DNA of 64,000 nucleotides from assembly GCF_009914755.1 (NCBI RefSeq), contig NC_060947.1. One strand, given 5' to 3'. The DNA comes from the human T2T-CHM13v2.0 reference genome, Homo sapiens. The position numbers and the translations under genes were made by a program. Below are positions 1 through 13,731 of the stretch, one piece after another. Below the pieces are notes generated by a model. That model ran no database searches. It was not told the DNA's origin and saw only the letters and a program-made list of their open reading frames with translations. Within the stretch, counting starts at the first letter, position 1. Every line of letters starts with the position of its first letter.

Positions 1-2145
1 TCATACTGAATGGGGAAAAACTGAGTTTCCTCTAAAATATAGAACACAACAAGGCTACCCACTGTCACCAATGTTCGACATAGTACTGGAAGTCCTAGAT
101 AGAGCAATCAGACAAGAGAAATACAAAAAGTTCATCCAAATTGGAAAGAAAGAATTCAAATTGTCTCTGTTAGCTGATGATATGATCTTATATTCAGAAA
201 CATCAAAGATTCCACAAGAAAATGATAGAAGTAATCAACAAATTTAGTAAAGTTTCAGGATACAAAATCAAAATACAAAAATCAGTAGCATTTCTATAAG
301 TCAACAGTGAATAATCTGAAAAATAAATTTAAAAAGTAATCCCATTTACAATAACCACAAATGTAATCAAATGCTTTAGAATTTACCAAAGAAGAAAAGA
401 TATCTATAATGAAAATTATAAACAATGATGGAAGAAACTGAAGAGGACACCAAAAGATGGAAAAACATTTCATGTTCATGGATTGGAAGAATCTATATTA
501 TTAAAATGTCCATACTACACAAAGCAATTCACAGATTAAATGCAATTCTTATTAATACGTCAAATGACATTCTTCACAGAAATTAAAAAAAAAACTATCC
601 TAAAATTTATATGGAATAACAAGAGATCCAGAATAGGCAAAGCTATCCTAAGCAAAAAAAGAACAATACGGGATAAATCATACTACATGACTTCAAATTA
701 TACTACAGAGCTATAGTAACCAATGCAGCATGATACTGGCATAAAAACAGACACATAGATCAATAGAACAGAATAGAGAACCCAGAAACAAATCCGTACA
801 ACTACAGTGAATTTATTTTTACCAAAGTTGCCAAGACCACACACTGGGAAAAAGACAGTCTCTTCAATAAATGGTGCTGCAAAACCCGGATATCCATAGG
901 CAAAAAAATAAAATTAGGTCTCTATGTGTTGCCATATACAAAAATCAAATCAAAATGGACGAAACACTTAAATCTAAGACATCACACTATAAAATTACTA
1001 CAAGAAAACATTGAAGAAACTGTCAAGGACATTGGAGTGGGCAAAGATTTCTTGAGTAATAACTCATAACCATAGGCAACCAAAGCAAATATGGACAAAT
1101 GGGATCACATCGAGCTAAAAAGCTTCTGCACAGCAAATGAAACAATCAATAAGTGAAGAGATAACAGACAGAATGAGAGAAAATTCTTACAAACCACCTC
1201 TCTGACAAGGAATTAATAACCAGAATATATAAGGAGCTCAACCAACTCTGTAGGAAAAAAATCTAATAATTTGATCAAAAATGGGCAAAATATTTGAATA
1301 GAATTTTCTCAAAAGAAGACATACGAATGGCAAATAGGCATATTAAAACATTCTCAACATCATTGGTCAGAGGAATACAAATCAAAACTACAATGAGATT
1401 TAACTTTACCCCCACTAAAATGGCTCATATCTAAAAGATAATAACAAATGCTGGAAAGAATGTGGAGAAAAGGGAACCCTTGTACACTGTTTGTGAGAAT
1501 GTAAATTAATACAACCACTATGGAGTTTGGAGGTAACTCAAAAAACTAAAAACTGAGCTACCATATGATCCAGTAATCCCACTGCTGGGTATATACCCCA
1601 GAGAAAATAAATTTGTATATTGAAGAGGTATCTCCACTCCTACATTTGCTGTAGCACTGTTTACAATAACTAAGATTTGGAAGCAACCTAAGTGCCCATC
1701 AACAGAAGAATAGATAAAGAAAATATGGTACATATACACAATGGAGTACTATTCAGCTATAAAAAAGATGAAATCCATCCATTTACAACAACATGGATGA
1801 AACTGGAGATCATAACATTAAGTTAAATAAGCCAGGCACAGAAAGAAAAACATGGCATGTTCTCACTTATTTGTGGGATCTAAAAATCAAAGCAATTGAA
1901 CTCATGAATGTAGTGAGTAGAAGGATGGTCACTGGAGGCTATGAAGGGTATTGGGAAACTTGGGAGGAACTGGGGATGATTAATGGTTACAAAAAAATAG
2001 AAAGAATAAATATGACCTACTATTTGATAGCACAAAAGGGTGGCTAAAGTCAATAAAAACTTAATTGTACATTTTAAAATAGCTTAAAGTATGTAATTGG
2101 ATTTTTTTGTAACTTTGTAACTCAGTGGATAATTTTTCAGGGGAT
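1..2145 (+). mobile_element. LINE-1 3' portion (ORF2 RT/C-terminus remnant plus 3' UTR), L1MA2/3-like; runs off the left edge
   Basis: Decayed ORF2 motifs (gctgatgatatg = ADDM, ggatcacatcgagctaaaaagcttctgcacagc) and an L1MA-type 3' UTR (gacctactatttgatagcacaa...); many stops and frameshifts. Confidence 0.9.
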
Positions 2146-2179
2146 GGAAATAATGAGTAAGTATATGTCATAAAACTGG

Positions 2180-5000
2180 TTATTCCAGAACAAATTTGTA
2201 AATTCCTAGCAACATATAACCTATCAAGACTGAATCATGAAGAAATAGAAAATCCAAAAAGACCTATATATAGTACGGAGATTGAATCAATAACCAAAAA
2301 CCTCCCAATAAATAAAAGCCAGGACAAGATGGATTCATTAGTAAAATTTATTAAACATTTAAATAATTAGCACTAATCCTCAAACTTTTTCAAAAAATTC
2401 TAGAGGAGGTAACACTTCCAAAATTGTTTTCTGAGGTATTACCCTGATACTAAAGCCAGGAAATTGCAATACAATAAAAAAGTTACAATCCAATATGCCT
2501 GATGAGGAAACATGAATGCAAAATTTATCAACAAAATACTAGAACATTGAATTCATCTCTACATAAAAAAATTATATACCATGATCATGTGAGACTTATT
2601 CCTCAGATCCAAGGATGGTTCAACATATAAAATTATGTTTTATATGTTGTGATACACCACAACATGTGTGGTATACCACATCAACAGGATAAAGAATAAG
2701 AATCACAAGATCATCTAAATAGGTACAGAAAAATCAGCTGACATGAATTAACACCCATTCATGATAAAGACACTCAACCCTCTAGGAATACAAGGAAATT
2801 ACCTCAACATAATGAAAGTCATAGAGAAAAGACCACAGCTAATACTATACTTAGTAAAACACTGAAAGCTTTACCACTAAGACACAAAATGAAATGAGTA
2901 TGTCCACTCTTGCCACTTCTATAATGTAGCATTGAAAGTTCTAGCAAGAGGAATTAGGCCAGAAAAAGAAATAAAAGAAATCTAGATCAGATAAGGAGAA
3001 GTGAAACTATCTCTGTTCACAGATGACATGATTATATATTTAAAACCACTAAAGATTCCACAAAGAAAGCTCTTAGAACTAATAAATAAAGTTTATTAGG
3101 ATAAAAAGTCAACATTCAAAAATTAATTGCATTACTATTCATTAACAACCAAAAATCCAAAAAGGAAACTGAGAAAAAAATTTATTTACAATATCATCAA
3201 AAATATATAAAATACTTAGGAACAAACTTAACTAACTTAGCAAAAAACTTATATAGTTAGAAATTTGAAACCCTGCTGAAAGAAATTAAAGACACAAATA
3301 AATGGAAAGATACCCCATGAACATGATTGGAAGATATAATATTGTTAATATGTCCATACTGCCCAAAGTGAGCTACATATTCAATGCAATCCCTATCAAA
3401 ATCCCTGTGACAATTATTACAGACATAGAAAAAAGCAATGCTAAAATTTATATGAAACCAAAAGGACACCAAATAGTCAAAACTATATTGAGAAGAAAGA
3501 CCAAAGCTGGAGACCAAATCACAGTTCCTGATTTCAAAACATATATAAAGCTACAGTAAGAAAAACAGTATGGTACTGGCATAAAGACAGACATATAGGC
3601 CAATAAAACAGAATACAGAACCCACAAATAAAACTACACATACATGGTCAACTGGTCTTTAACTTCAGTGCCAAGGAAACACAATAGGGAAAGGACAGTC
3701 TCTTTAGCAAGTGGTTCTGAGAACACTGGGCATCCACATGCAAAAGAATAAAATTGTACCCATATTTTTAGTCTGTATGCAAAAATCAACTCAAAATATA
3801 GGTTTAAATGTAAGAACTGAATCTGTAAAACTGCTAAGTGAAAATATAGGGGAAAAGCTTTCTGACACTGGATTGACAATGATTTGTTAGATATGGCATC
3901 ATAAGCACAGGAAACAAAAACAAAAATATAAATAAATGGGACTACATCAAACTAAAAATTTCTGAACAGCAAAGGAAACAAAAGAATGAAAAGCCAAATT
4001 ATAAAATGGAAGGCAATATTACAAACCATATGTATGATAAGGAGTTAATATTACAAATACAGAAACAACACCTATGACTTTATGGCATAAAAACAAATAA
4101 CCTGATTTAAAATAGGCAAAGGACTTGAATTTGCATTTCCCCAAAGAAGACATACAAATGGATGACAGTATATGGTATATGAAAAGATGCTCAACACCAT
4201 TAAATGATCAGGGAAATGTAAATAAAAGCCACAATAAGATATCACTTCACATCTGTTAGTATGACCATTTAAAAAATAGAAATAAAGGAAACAGAAATGA
4301 AATGTTGACGAGGATGTGGAGAAATTGGAGCCCTTGCACACTGTTCGTGGGAATGTAAAATGGTGTAGTCACTATAGAAAACAGTATGGTGATTCCTCAA
4401 AAAATTAAAAATAGAATAAAGAGATGATCCAGTAATCCCACTTCTGGGTATATATCTAAAAGAATTGCAATCAAGTTCTCTAAGAGATATTTGCCCTGTT
4501 ACAATTTGAAACAACCACAGGTTTTTTTTGAGGTAATAATACAGTTACAGAGTACATTAAAGCATTAATCACAATAGTCAAACAGTACAAACTTAGAAGT
4601 CCATTGATTAGTGAATACACAAAGAAAATTTGATATATATGTACAATGGACTATTCAGCCATAAAAAGAAGAAAACCTTGTTTTATGTTACAACATGGAT
4701 AAACCTTGAGGACATTAGGCTAAATAAAATAAGTCAGTCATGAAAGGACAAGTACCACATGATTCCACTCATAGTGAGATATATAATGTAGTAAAACTTA
4801 TGACAGCAAAAAGTGGAATGGTGATTTGCAGAGACTGGGGGAGGGGAAAATGGGGAGTTAGTGTGCAATGGGTATCAAGTTTCAATCATGCAAGTTAAAA
4901 GAGTTCTAGGGAGCTTCTGTGAAACACTGTGTGAATAGTTATCAATACTTTACACTGAAAAATTTATGAAGAAGGTATATATTACTTTTATCACAACAAA
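2180..5000 (+). mobile_element. 5'-truncated old LINE-1 (L1MA8/9-like): ORF2 remnant plus 3' UTR
   Basis: ORF2 similarity from aaattcctagcaacatataacc through ttcacagatgacatg (FTDDM) to the 3' UTR (aatgggtatcaagtttca...); ORF-track 3302..3559 is an ORF2 piece. Confidence 0.85.
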
Positions 5001-5049
5001 AATGTCTACAAATAAAGACACAGAGGCAATAAATACAATTTAAAGGATT

Positions 5050-6030
5050 GAATTCTATAGACTACAGCTAATTAAACTTCCTTTCACAGATTCATGCAGT
5101 AAGTTTTGAAACTGAAACTATACAAAGTCAATAAGAAAATTTCATTGAGCTCAAGAAAGTACAAAATGGTCAAGCCATATTTTCTGGTCATGTTGCAACA
5201 AAATTATAAAGTAACAAAAAACACTCAAAGAAACAGAAAACTAACACTAACAGATTAAGTATCTCTCTCCAAAAATAACTAATGAATAAAAGAAAAAAAT
5301 TTAAAAATGCAACTACAACTAATCTAGAAAATCAGAATACTATGAAGCAAAATGTATATGATAGATCCAAAGTGTTATTCAGTAGTATATTCATATATTT
5401 AAATGCATTAAATATTAAACAAAAAAGAATAAAGATAAATAAACTAACCCTTCACTGAGGAAGATAGAAAAACAAAATCACAAAGAAGACAGAATCCCTA
5501 AGGGAAAAAATAATGTAAATAAAACTATAAACAAATAAATTAGCAAATGAAAAGTGTCAAACTTATTAATAAATCCAAATCCAGTTCTCCAAAAAGATGA
5601 GAGAAGAAAGGAGTAGAGGAAGGCAGAGAGGGAGGGAGAGGGGGAGGGAAGGAAGGAAGAGGAAGGGAAGGGGAGGGGAGGGGAGGGAAAGGAAGGGAAG
5701 GGAGAAGGGAGTGAAGGTAGGGAGTGAGGGAAGGGGAGAGTAAAATAGATAATCTCTGGTAAATTAATTAGGAAAATATTAGACAATTGCACACAGCCAA
5801 AATCAGAAATGAGTAAAGGAGTTCATCAACTGACACAAAGAATATTAATAACTTCTAACAAACTAATTAGCTAATATTAATAATTTTGAATATCTTAATA
5901 AAATGAACATCTGGTGAAACAATTATCAAACCTGATTCAAAGAAAAATAGAAAATTATCTTTCATTATCAAATTATTACCTCAAAAAAACCTGTGGTTGT
6001 TTTCAAATTGTTACAGGGCAATTTTCATGA
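5050..6030 (+). mobile_element. Highly decayed L1M/L1ME ORF2 fragment
   Basis: A-rich sequence with residual ORF2 endonuclease-to-Z-domain similarity (ttctggtcatg..., aaatcagaaatgag..., aaaaaaacc...ttacagggcaattttc). Confidence 0.55.
5597..5740 (+). repeat. Polypurine (GGAA/GGGAA/GGAGG) low-complexity tract
   Basis: About 140 bp that is almost entirely G/A. Confidence 0.9.
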
Positions 6031-6064
6031 ATAGGACATTTGTATGTCTCCATTTATCTAAATG

Positions 6065-9000
6065 TTTTCTAATTTTTATTTTTTCTGGGTACATACTAGG
6101 TATATATATTAATATTTATGGGGTACATGAGATGTTTTGATAAAGGCTTGCAATGTATAATAAGCACATCATGAAGGATTGGGTATCCATCCCCTCAAGC
6201 ATTTATCCTTTGAGTTATACACAATCCAATTACATACTTTATTTTATTTAAGTTATTTAAAAATGTACAAGTTATTATTGACTATAGTCACCCTGTTGTG
6301 CTATCAAACACTAGGTCTTATTTATTTTTTCTAACTATTTATTTTATAACCATTAACTTTCCCTCTCTCCCCCAGGCCCCCACTACTCTTCCCAGCCTCT
6401 GGTAACCACCATTCTACTCTCTACATCTGTGAGTTCAATTGTATTAATTTTTTGATCCCAAATAAATTAGAAAATGCCATGATGTTTGTCTCACTGTGCC
6501 AGGCTTATTTCACTTAACATAATGATCTCCAGTTCAATCCATATTGTTACAAATGACGAATATCATTCTTTTGGATGGCTGAATAGTACTCCACTATGTA
6601 TATGTACCCTATTTTCTTTATGCATGCATCTGGTGATGGACACAGGTTGCTTCCAAATCTTAGCTATTGTAAATACTGCTACAACAAATGTAAAAGTGCA
6701 AATATCTCTTTGATATACTGATTTCCTTTCTTTTGTATATGTACCCAGCAGTGGGATTGCTGGATCATATGGTAGCTCAATTTTTAGATTTTTGAGCAGC
6801 CTCCAAACTGTTCTCCATAGTGGTTGTACTAATTTGCATTCCCACCAACAATGTACAAGGGTTCCCTTTTCTCCATATCCTTTCCGGCATTTACTATCTC
6901 CTGTCTTGTGGATATAAGCCACTTTAATTGGTGTCAGATAATATCTCATTGTAGTTTTGATTTGCATTTCTCTGAGGATCAAAGATGTTGAGCAACTTTT
7001 CATATGCCTGTTTGCCATTCTTATGTCTTCTTTTCAGAAATGTCTATTCAAATCATTTGCCCCTATTTTTATCAGATTATTACGTTTTTTCCTATAGAGT
7101 TGTTTGAGCTCCTTATATATTCTGGTTATTAATTCCTTGTCACATGGGTAATATGCAAATATTTTCTCCCATTCTGTGGGTTGTCTTTTCACTTTGTTGA
7201 TTGTTTCTTTTGCTGTGCAGAAGCTTTTTAACTTGATGTTATTCCATTTGTCCATTTTTGCTTTGATTGCCTCTGCTACTGCAGTGTTTGTCAAGAAATT
7301 TTTATCCAGACAAATGCCTTGGAGATTTTCCCCAATGTTTTCCTGTAGTAGTTTCATAATTTAATGTTTTAGATTTAAGTGTTTAAATCATTTTGATTTG
7401 AATTTTGTATATGGTGAGAGATGGGGGTCTAGTTTTATTCACCTGCATATGGATATACAGTTTTCCCAGCACCATTTATTGAAGAGACTCTGTTTCCCTA
7501 CTCTATGTTCCTGGCACCTTTGTTGAAAATTAGTTGACTGTAGGTATGTGGATTTGTTTCTGGGTTCTCTATTCTGTTCCGTTGGCCTATATAACTGTTT
7601 TTAAGCCATAACATGCTGTCATGGTTACTATATCTCTGTAGTATAATTTGAAGTCAGGCAATGTGATTCCTCAAGTTTTTTTCTTTTTGCTCAGGATAGC
7701 GTTGGCTATTCTGTTGAATTCGGCTTTTGTGAGTTCATATAAATTTTAGGATTTTTTTTTCTATTACTATAAAAAATGTTATTGGTATTTTGATAAGAAT
7801 TGCAATGAAAATGTATATGGCTTTGGGTAAATTGGAAATTTTAACAATATTGATTCTTCTAATCCATGAACATGAAATATTGTTTTATTTTTTGGCTTCC
7901 TCTTCAATTTATGTTATCAGTGTTCCATAGTTTTCATTATAGAGTTTTTTTTACTTATTTGTTTAATTCCTAGGTATTTAATTTTATGTGTGGCTATTGT
8001 AAATTGGATTACATTTTGATTTCTTTTTCGCATTGTCCACTCTTGGCATATAGAAATACTACTGATTTTTGGGTGTTGATTTTATATCCTGCAACTTTAC
8101 TGAATTTGTTTATCAATTCTAAGAGTTTTCTTGTGAAGTCTTTAGGTTTTTCAAAATGTAAAATTTTGTCATCTGCAAAGAAGGATAATTTGGCATCTTT
8201 CTTTCCAATTTCAATGCCCTTTATATCTTTCTCTTGTTTGCTGTTCTACGTAGGACTTCCAGTGTCATGTTGAATAACAGTGGTGACAGTGGGCATCCTT
8301 GTTGTATTCTAGATCTTAGAGGAAACACTTTCAGGTTTTTCCCATTCACTATGATAGCAGCTGTGTGTCTGTTGTATGTCAATTTTATTATGTTAAGGTA
8401 TGTTCCCTCTAGTCCTATTTTTAAGGGTTTTAATCATGAAGACATGTTGAATTTTATCAAATACTTTTTCAGCATCAATTTATAAGATTACATGATTTTT
8501 ATCCCAGGGATAAATGCCACGTGGTGATGATGAATGATCTTTCTAACATATTGTTGAATTCGGCTTGTTAGTATTTTGTTGAGGATGTTTGCATCAATAT
8601 TAATCAGAGATATTGGCCAGTAGTTTTTTTTTTTTAATGTGTCTGTGTCTTGTTTTGGTATCAGGGTAATACTGGCCTGATAGAATGAGATGAAAAGTAT
8701 TCCCTCCTTTATTTTTCAGAATAGTTTGAGTAGGATTGGTATTAGTTCTTTTAGTTTGGTAGAATTCAGCATTGAAGCCATTGGGTCCTGGGCTTTTCTT
8801 TAGTGGAAGAGTTTTTATTATAGCTTTGATGTAATTACTTGTTATTTGTCTGTTTATGTTTTTTATTTCTTCCTGATTCAATCTTTGTAGGTTGTATGTG
8901 TCTAGGAATTTATCCATTTCTTCCTGGGTTTTGAATTTATTGGCATATACTCGTTCATAGTAGCTACTGATAATCATTTGCATTTCTGCAATATCAGTTG

Positions 9001-11916
9001 TAATGTCTCCTTTTTCATTTCTGTTTTTATGTATTTGGATCTTCTCTCTTTGTTCCTTAGTTATTCTGGGTAAAGTTTTGTCAGTTTTATTTAACTTCTC
9101 AAAAAAACAACTTTTTCTTTCATTGACCTTTGCATTGCTTTTTCATTTCAATTCCATTTATTTCTGCTCTGAATTTAATTGTTTTTTTCTATTACTTTTG
9201 GGTTTAGTTTGCTCTTGCTTTTCTACTTCTTTAAAATGCATTATTAGATTGCTTATTTGAAGTATTTTCTCTATTTGGTGTAGGCAATTAAAGCTATAAA
9301 CTTCTCTCTGAGTACTCTTTTACTGTATCCCATAGATTTTGTTGTTTTGTCTTTTAATTATTGTTTGTTTCAGGAAATTTTTCAATTTGTTTCTTAATTT
9401 CTTCATTGACCCACTGGTAATTCAAGAGTATATTGTTTAATTTCCCTGTTTTGTATAGTTTCCATAATTCCTCTTCTTGTTGACTTCTGGTTTTATTCCA
9501 TTGTGGTAAGATAAGATGCCTGATATTATTTCCACTTTTGTAATGTTTTAAGTGTTGTTTTGTGATCTAAAATATGGTCTATCTTTCAGAATGATTCATG
9601 TGCTCAGGAAAAGTATGTGTAATCTGCAGTCATTGGACGAAATGTTCTACAAATATCTATTAGATTCATTTGCTCTATAGTGCAGAATAATTCTGATGTT
9701 TTTTGTTTATTTTGTGTCTGGTAGATCTGTCTAATGCTGAAAGTGAGGAATAAATGTCTCCAGCTATTATTGTATTGCAGCCTATCTTTCCCATTAGCTT
9801 TAATAGTATCTTCTTTATATATCTGGGTGTTCCAGTGTTGGGCGCATATATGTTTACGATTGTGATATCCTCTTGCTGAGTTGACCTTTTTATCATTATG
9901 CAGTGACTTTTCTCGTCTCTTCTACATTTTGTCTTTAAATCTATTTTGTTTAATATAGGAATAGCGACTCCTGCTCTTTTTTGGTTTCCATTGGCATGGA
10001 ATACCTTTTTCCATTCCTTTATTTTATCTCTGTGTGTGTCTTTATAGGTAGAGTGTGTTTTTTTATTAACAACAGATCCATGGGTCTTGTAATTTTAATC
10101 CATTCAGCTACTCTGTGTCTTTGATTAGAGAGCTTAGTGCATTTACATTCAATGTTATTACTGATAAGTAAGGACTTACTCTTGCCATTTTTTATTTGTT
10201 TTCTGGTTTTTTGTGGTCTTCTCATCCTTTCTTTTTTTCTTTCTTGTCTTCATTTAATGAAGGTGATTGTCCCGAGTGATGTAATTTAGTTTCTTACTTT
10301 TTATTTTTTCTGTATTTATTTTGTGTTTTTTTGTTAGAGGTTACCATGAAGCTTGCAAATATTATCTTATAACACATTATTTTACCTGATAACATCTTAA
10401 CCCTGTTTGCATAAATAAACAAACAAGAAAAGGAAAACTAATAAAAACTCTATTCCTTAATTTCTCCCTGCTTTTTAACATTTTGTCATTTTTATTTATA
10501 TCTTATTGTACACGTCTTGAAAAGATGTAGTGTCTTTTTATTGGTTTATCCTTCAGTATTTCTACTTAGGATAAGAGTAATTTACACATCATAGTTGCAG
10601 TGTTACAATATTCTGTGTTTTTCTGTGTACTTACTATTACCAGTGAATTTTGTACCTTCTGGTGATTACATATTGTTCAGTAATATCCTTTGCTTTTACA
10701 CTTAAGTACTGCCTGTAGCATCTCTTGTAGGATAGGTCTGATGTTGATGAAATTCCTCAGCTTTTGTTTGTATGGGAAAGTCTTCATTTTTCCTTTATGT
10801 TTGACAAATATTTTCACTGAATATACTATTCTAGCTTAAATGTTTTCTCTTCAGCACATTACATTTGTCATTCCACTCTCTCCTGGCCTGAAAGGCTTCT
10901 ACTGAAAAGTCTCCTGCCAGGTGTACTGGGGATCCATTGTATTTTATTTGTTTCTATTATCTTGCTGCTTTTAGGATACTTTCTTTATCCTTGACATTTA
11001 AGAGTTTGATTATTAAAGATCTTGAGGTAAACTTATTTGGGTTAAATCTGCTTAGTGTTCTATTACAACCATCTTGCACTTGGATATTGATATCTTTCTC
11101 TAGGTTTGGGAATCAGACATTGTTGCTTTGAATAAACTTTCTACTTGCATCTCTTTCTCTACCTCCTCTTTAAGGCCAATAACTCTTAGATCTGCCATTT
11201 GGAGGCTGTTTTCTATATCCTGTAGACATGCTTCGTTGTTTTTTATTCTTTTTTCTTTTGTCTCCTCTGACTGTTCATGTTCAAAACAGCCTATTTTCAA
11301 GCTCACTAGTTCTTTACTCTGCTGGATCCATTCTGCTATTAAAAGTCTCTGGTGCATTCCTCAGTATGCCAATTTCATTTTTCAGCTCCAGAATTTTTGC
11401 TAGATTCTTTTATATTATTAAATCTCTTTGATAAATTTACCTGAAATAATTTTTGAATTCCTTCTCTGTGTTATATTGAATCTCTTCACAGTTCCTCAAC
11501 ACAGCTATTTTCAATTCTCTGTCTGAAAGGTCACATATCTCTGTTTCTTGAGGACTGGTCTCTGGTGCTTTATTTAGTTCATTTGGTGAGGTCATGTTCT
11601 CTTGGGTAGCGTTAATGCTAGTTGTTGTTCTTCGGTGTCTGGCCATTGAAGAGTTAAGTATTTATTGTAGCCTTCACTTTCTGGGCTTATTTGTATCTGT
11701 TCTTCTTCAGACGGCTTTCCAGGTAATTGAAAGGACTTGGGTGTTATGATCTAAACTCTATCTGCTTTAGGCAGCACCCTAAGCCCAGTGACACTGTGGT
11801 TCTTGCAGACTCATAGAGGTACTGCCTTGCTGGTCTTTGGCAAGATCCAGGAGAATTCTCTGGATTTCTAAGCAGAGATGCTTGTTCACTTCTCTTACTT
11901 TCTCCCAAACAAATAG

Positions 11917-11952
<36 letters not shown>

Positions 11953-13692
11953 CTAAGATACGTAAAGCTGAGGGTATAGTAAAACAAGCACCCCTGTGAC
12001 CACCACCTCTATAACTGTGCTGGGTTAGACGTGAGGGCAGCACAGCACTGGGTCTTGCATAAGGCCTACTGTGACCACTCTTTGGTTACTGTCTATGTTT
12101 TCTCCAGGCCTTGGTGCTCTACAATCAGCTCATGACAAAGCCAGCCAGGCCTGAATTCTTCACTTCAGGGTGGCAAGATCTCCAGGCTCCATGTGGATCT
12201 AAGAGTGCAGTCCAGGAGTCAGGGACTAGAGTCAAAAACTTTAAAATTCTGCCTTGTGTTCTAGGGTACTGTGACTTAGCTAGCACTCACACTGCAGGAC
12301 GCAGTCCTTCCCACTCTTGCTCCCTTTCCAAAGGCAGAGGAGCCTTACCTCCTAGCCACTGCCACCACAGGCCATGAAGAGTACTGCCAGACTACTGCTG
12401 ATGTTCCCTTGAAGCCCAAGGTCACTTAAGTCAACCTGTGGTAAGTGTTGCCTGGCCTGGGACTCACACTTCAGGAAAGTGGGTTCCCCATTGGCCCAGG
12501 GCAGGTCCACAAATGCCATCCAAGAGTCAAATCCTGGAATTAGACACCCCAAGAGCCCACTTGGTGGTCTACCCAACAGTGGCCATGCTGACACCAAAGA
12601 TGCAAGAGAAGTCCCCTTTACTTTTTCCTCTGATTTTTTTAATCAGGAGTTTTGCCTTGTAGCCACCACAGTTGGTAACGTGCTGAGTCTCATCTGAAGC
12701 CAGCAAGTATCAGAGGCTCACCCAAAACACTTGACTTAGTACCTGGGTATTGCTGCTGTTTATTGAGGGCCCAAGGGCTCTTTTGCTAGCAGGTGATAAA
12801 TGCTTCCAGGGATAGGTCCTTCCCTTAAAGACAGCAGGTTTTCTTATGGTCCAGGGTGTGTCTAGAAATATCATCTGGAATCTAGGGCCTGAAACGGGGG
12901 GCTCATCTTTCTGACCAGCGCCCTATTCTGCAGTAGCTGTGCTGGTATCTAAGATACAAGACAAAGTTCTCCCTACTCTTTCATTCCCTCTCCTCAAGCC
13001 GGTGAAAGGGGTTTCTTTTGGAGCTGCAAGCTGAGCAGCACGGGGTTAGGAGAGAGGTGATGTCAGCAGTCCCTTGGCTGCCCCAGCTGGTGTCTCAATA
13101 GGTCACGTGCCGCCCCAGTCCACTGTCTTTGGGGCCCAGTTTATCACTAGGATTCACCTAAGAGTAGCAGTCCTTATTGCCTGGACTGCCTTTCAAGTTT
13201 ACTTAGAGACCCAGAGCACTTTGGATCTAGGTGGCAAGGTTTGCGGGAACTTAAGTTTTGACCTCTGGATCAGCGATTTCCCTCTGGCTAGGGCTGTTTT
13301 AAATATTCCCTTCATGGGCAGGCACCAGCTGAGTTTGGTCTGGTATTGCTTTCTGATATATATGACAGCACTGAGTTCAGAGCCTCACAATTGCTATGCT
13401 CTTCCTCCCCTAATACCCGGAGATGCTCTCTGTACCACACCACCACTGCTAGGGGGTGGGTGTGCAGGGGTAGGAGCGGTGGCATCAGCCATTCAAGACT
13501 ATTTTTTCTATCTCTTCAGTGCCTCTTTCAGTGATATGAAGTTAAAGCTGGGTACAATGTGTACTCATCTGATTCTTGGTTCTTATGAAGGTGTTTTTTT
13601 TTTTCCTCTGTACATAGTTGTTCCATTGGTTTCCTTGAAGGGAAGGATGATCAGTGAAGTCTTCTATTCCACCATCTTGATCCACCTCTCTC
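6065..13692 (-). mobile_element. Full-length (~7.6 kb) old LINE-1, L1MA2/3-like, with long 5' UTR, decayed ORF1 and ORF2
   Basis: 3' UTR at 6070-6500, ORF2 remnants (ORF-track 6563..7018, 7034..7357, 8600..8983, 9675..9896), ORF1 remnants 10700-11650, 5' UTR starting gagaggtggatcaagatggtggaatagaag. Probable TSD ccatttatctaaatg (6050-6064) / ccaattttctaaatg (13693-13707), 13/15 match. Confidence 0.9.
11918..11949 (+). repeat. (CT)n microsatellite within the L1 5' region
   Basis: About 16 TC units. Confidence 0.95.
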
Positions 13693-13731
13693 CCAATTTT
13701 CTAAATGGTAATTATTCTGATTTTTTCTAAG

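Noticed and set aside
13074-13730. 218-aa ORF and other GC-rich ORFs (12111-12697, 30559-31693, 53789-54785)
   Set aside because: They lie in L1 5' UTRs, where higher GC gives chance open frames; no recognisable protein features.
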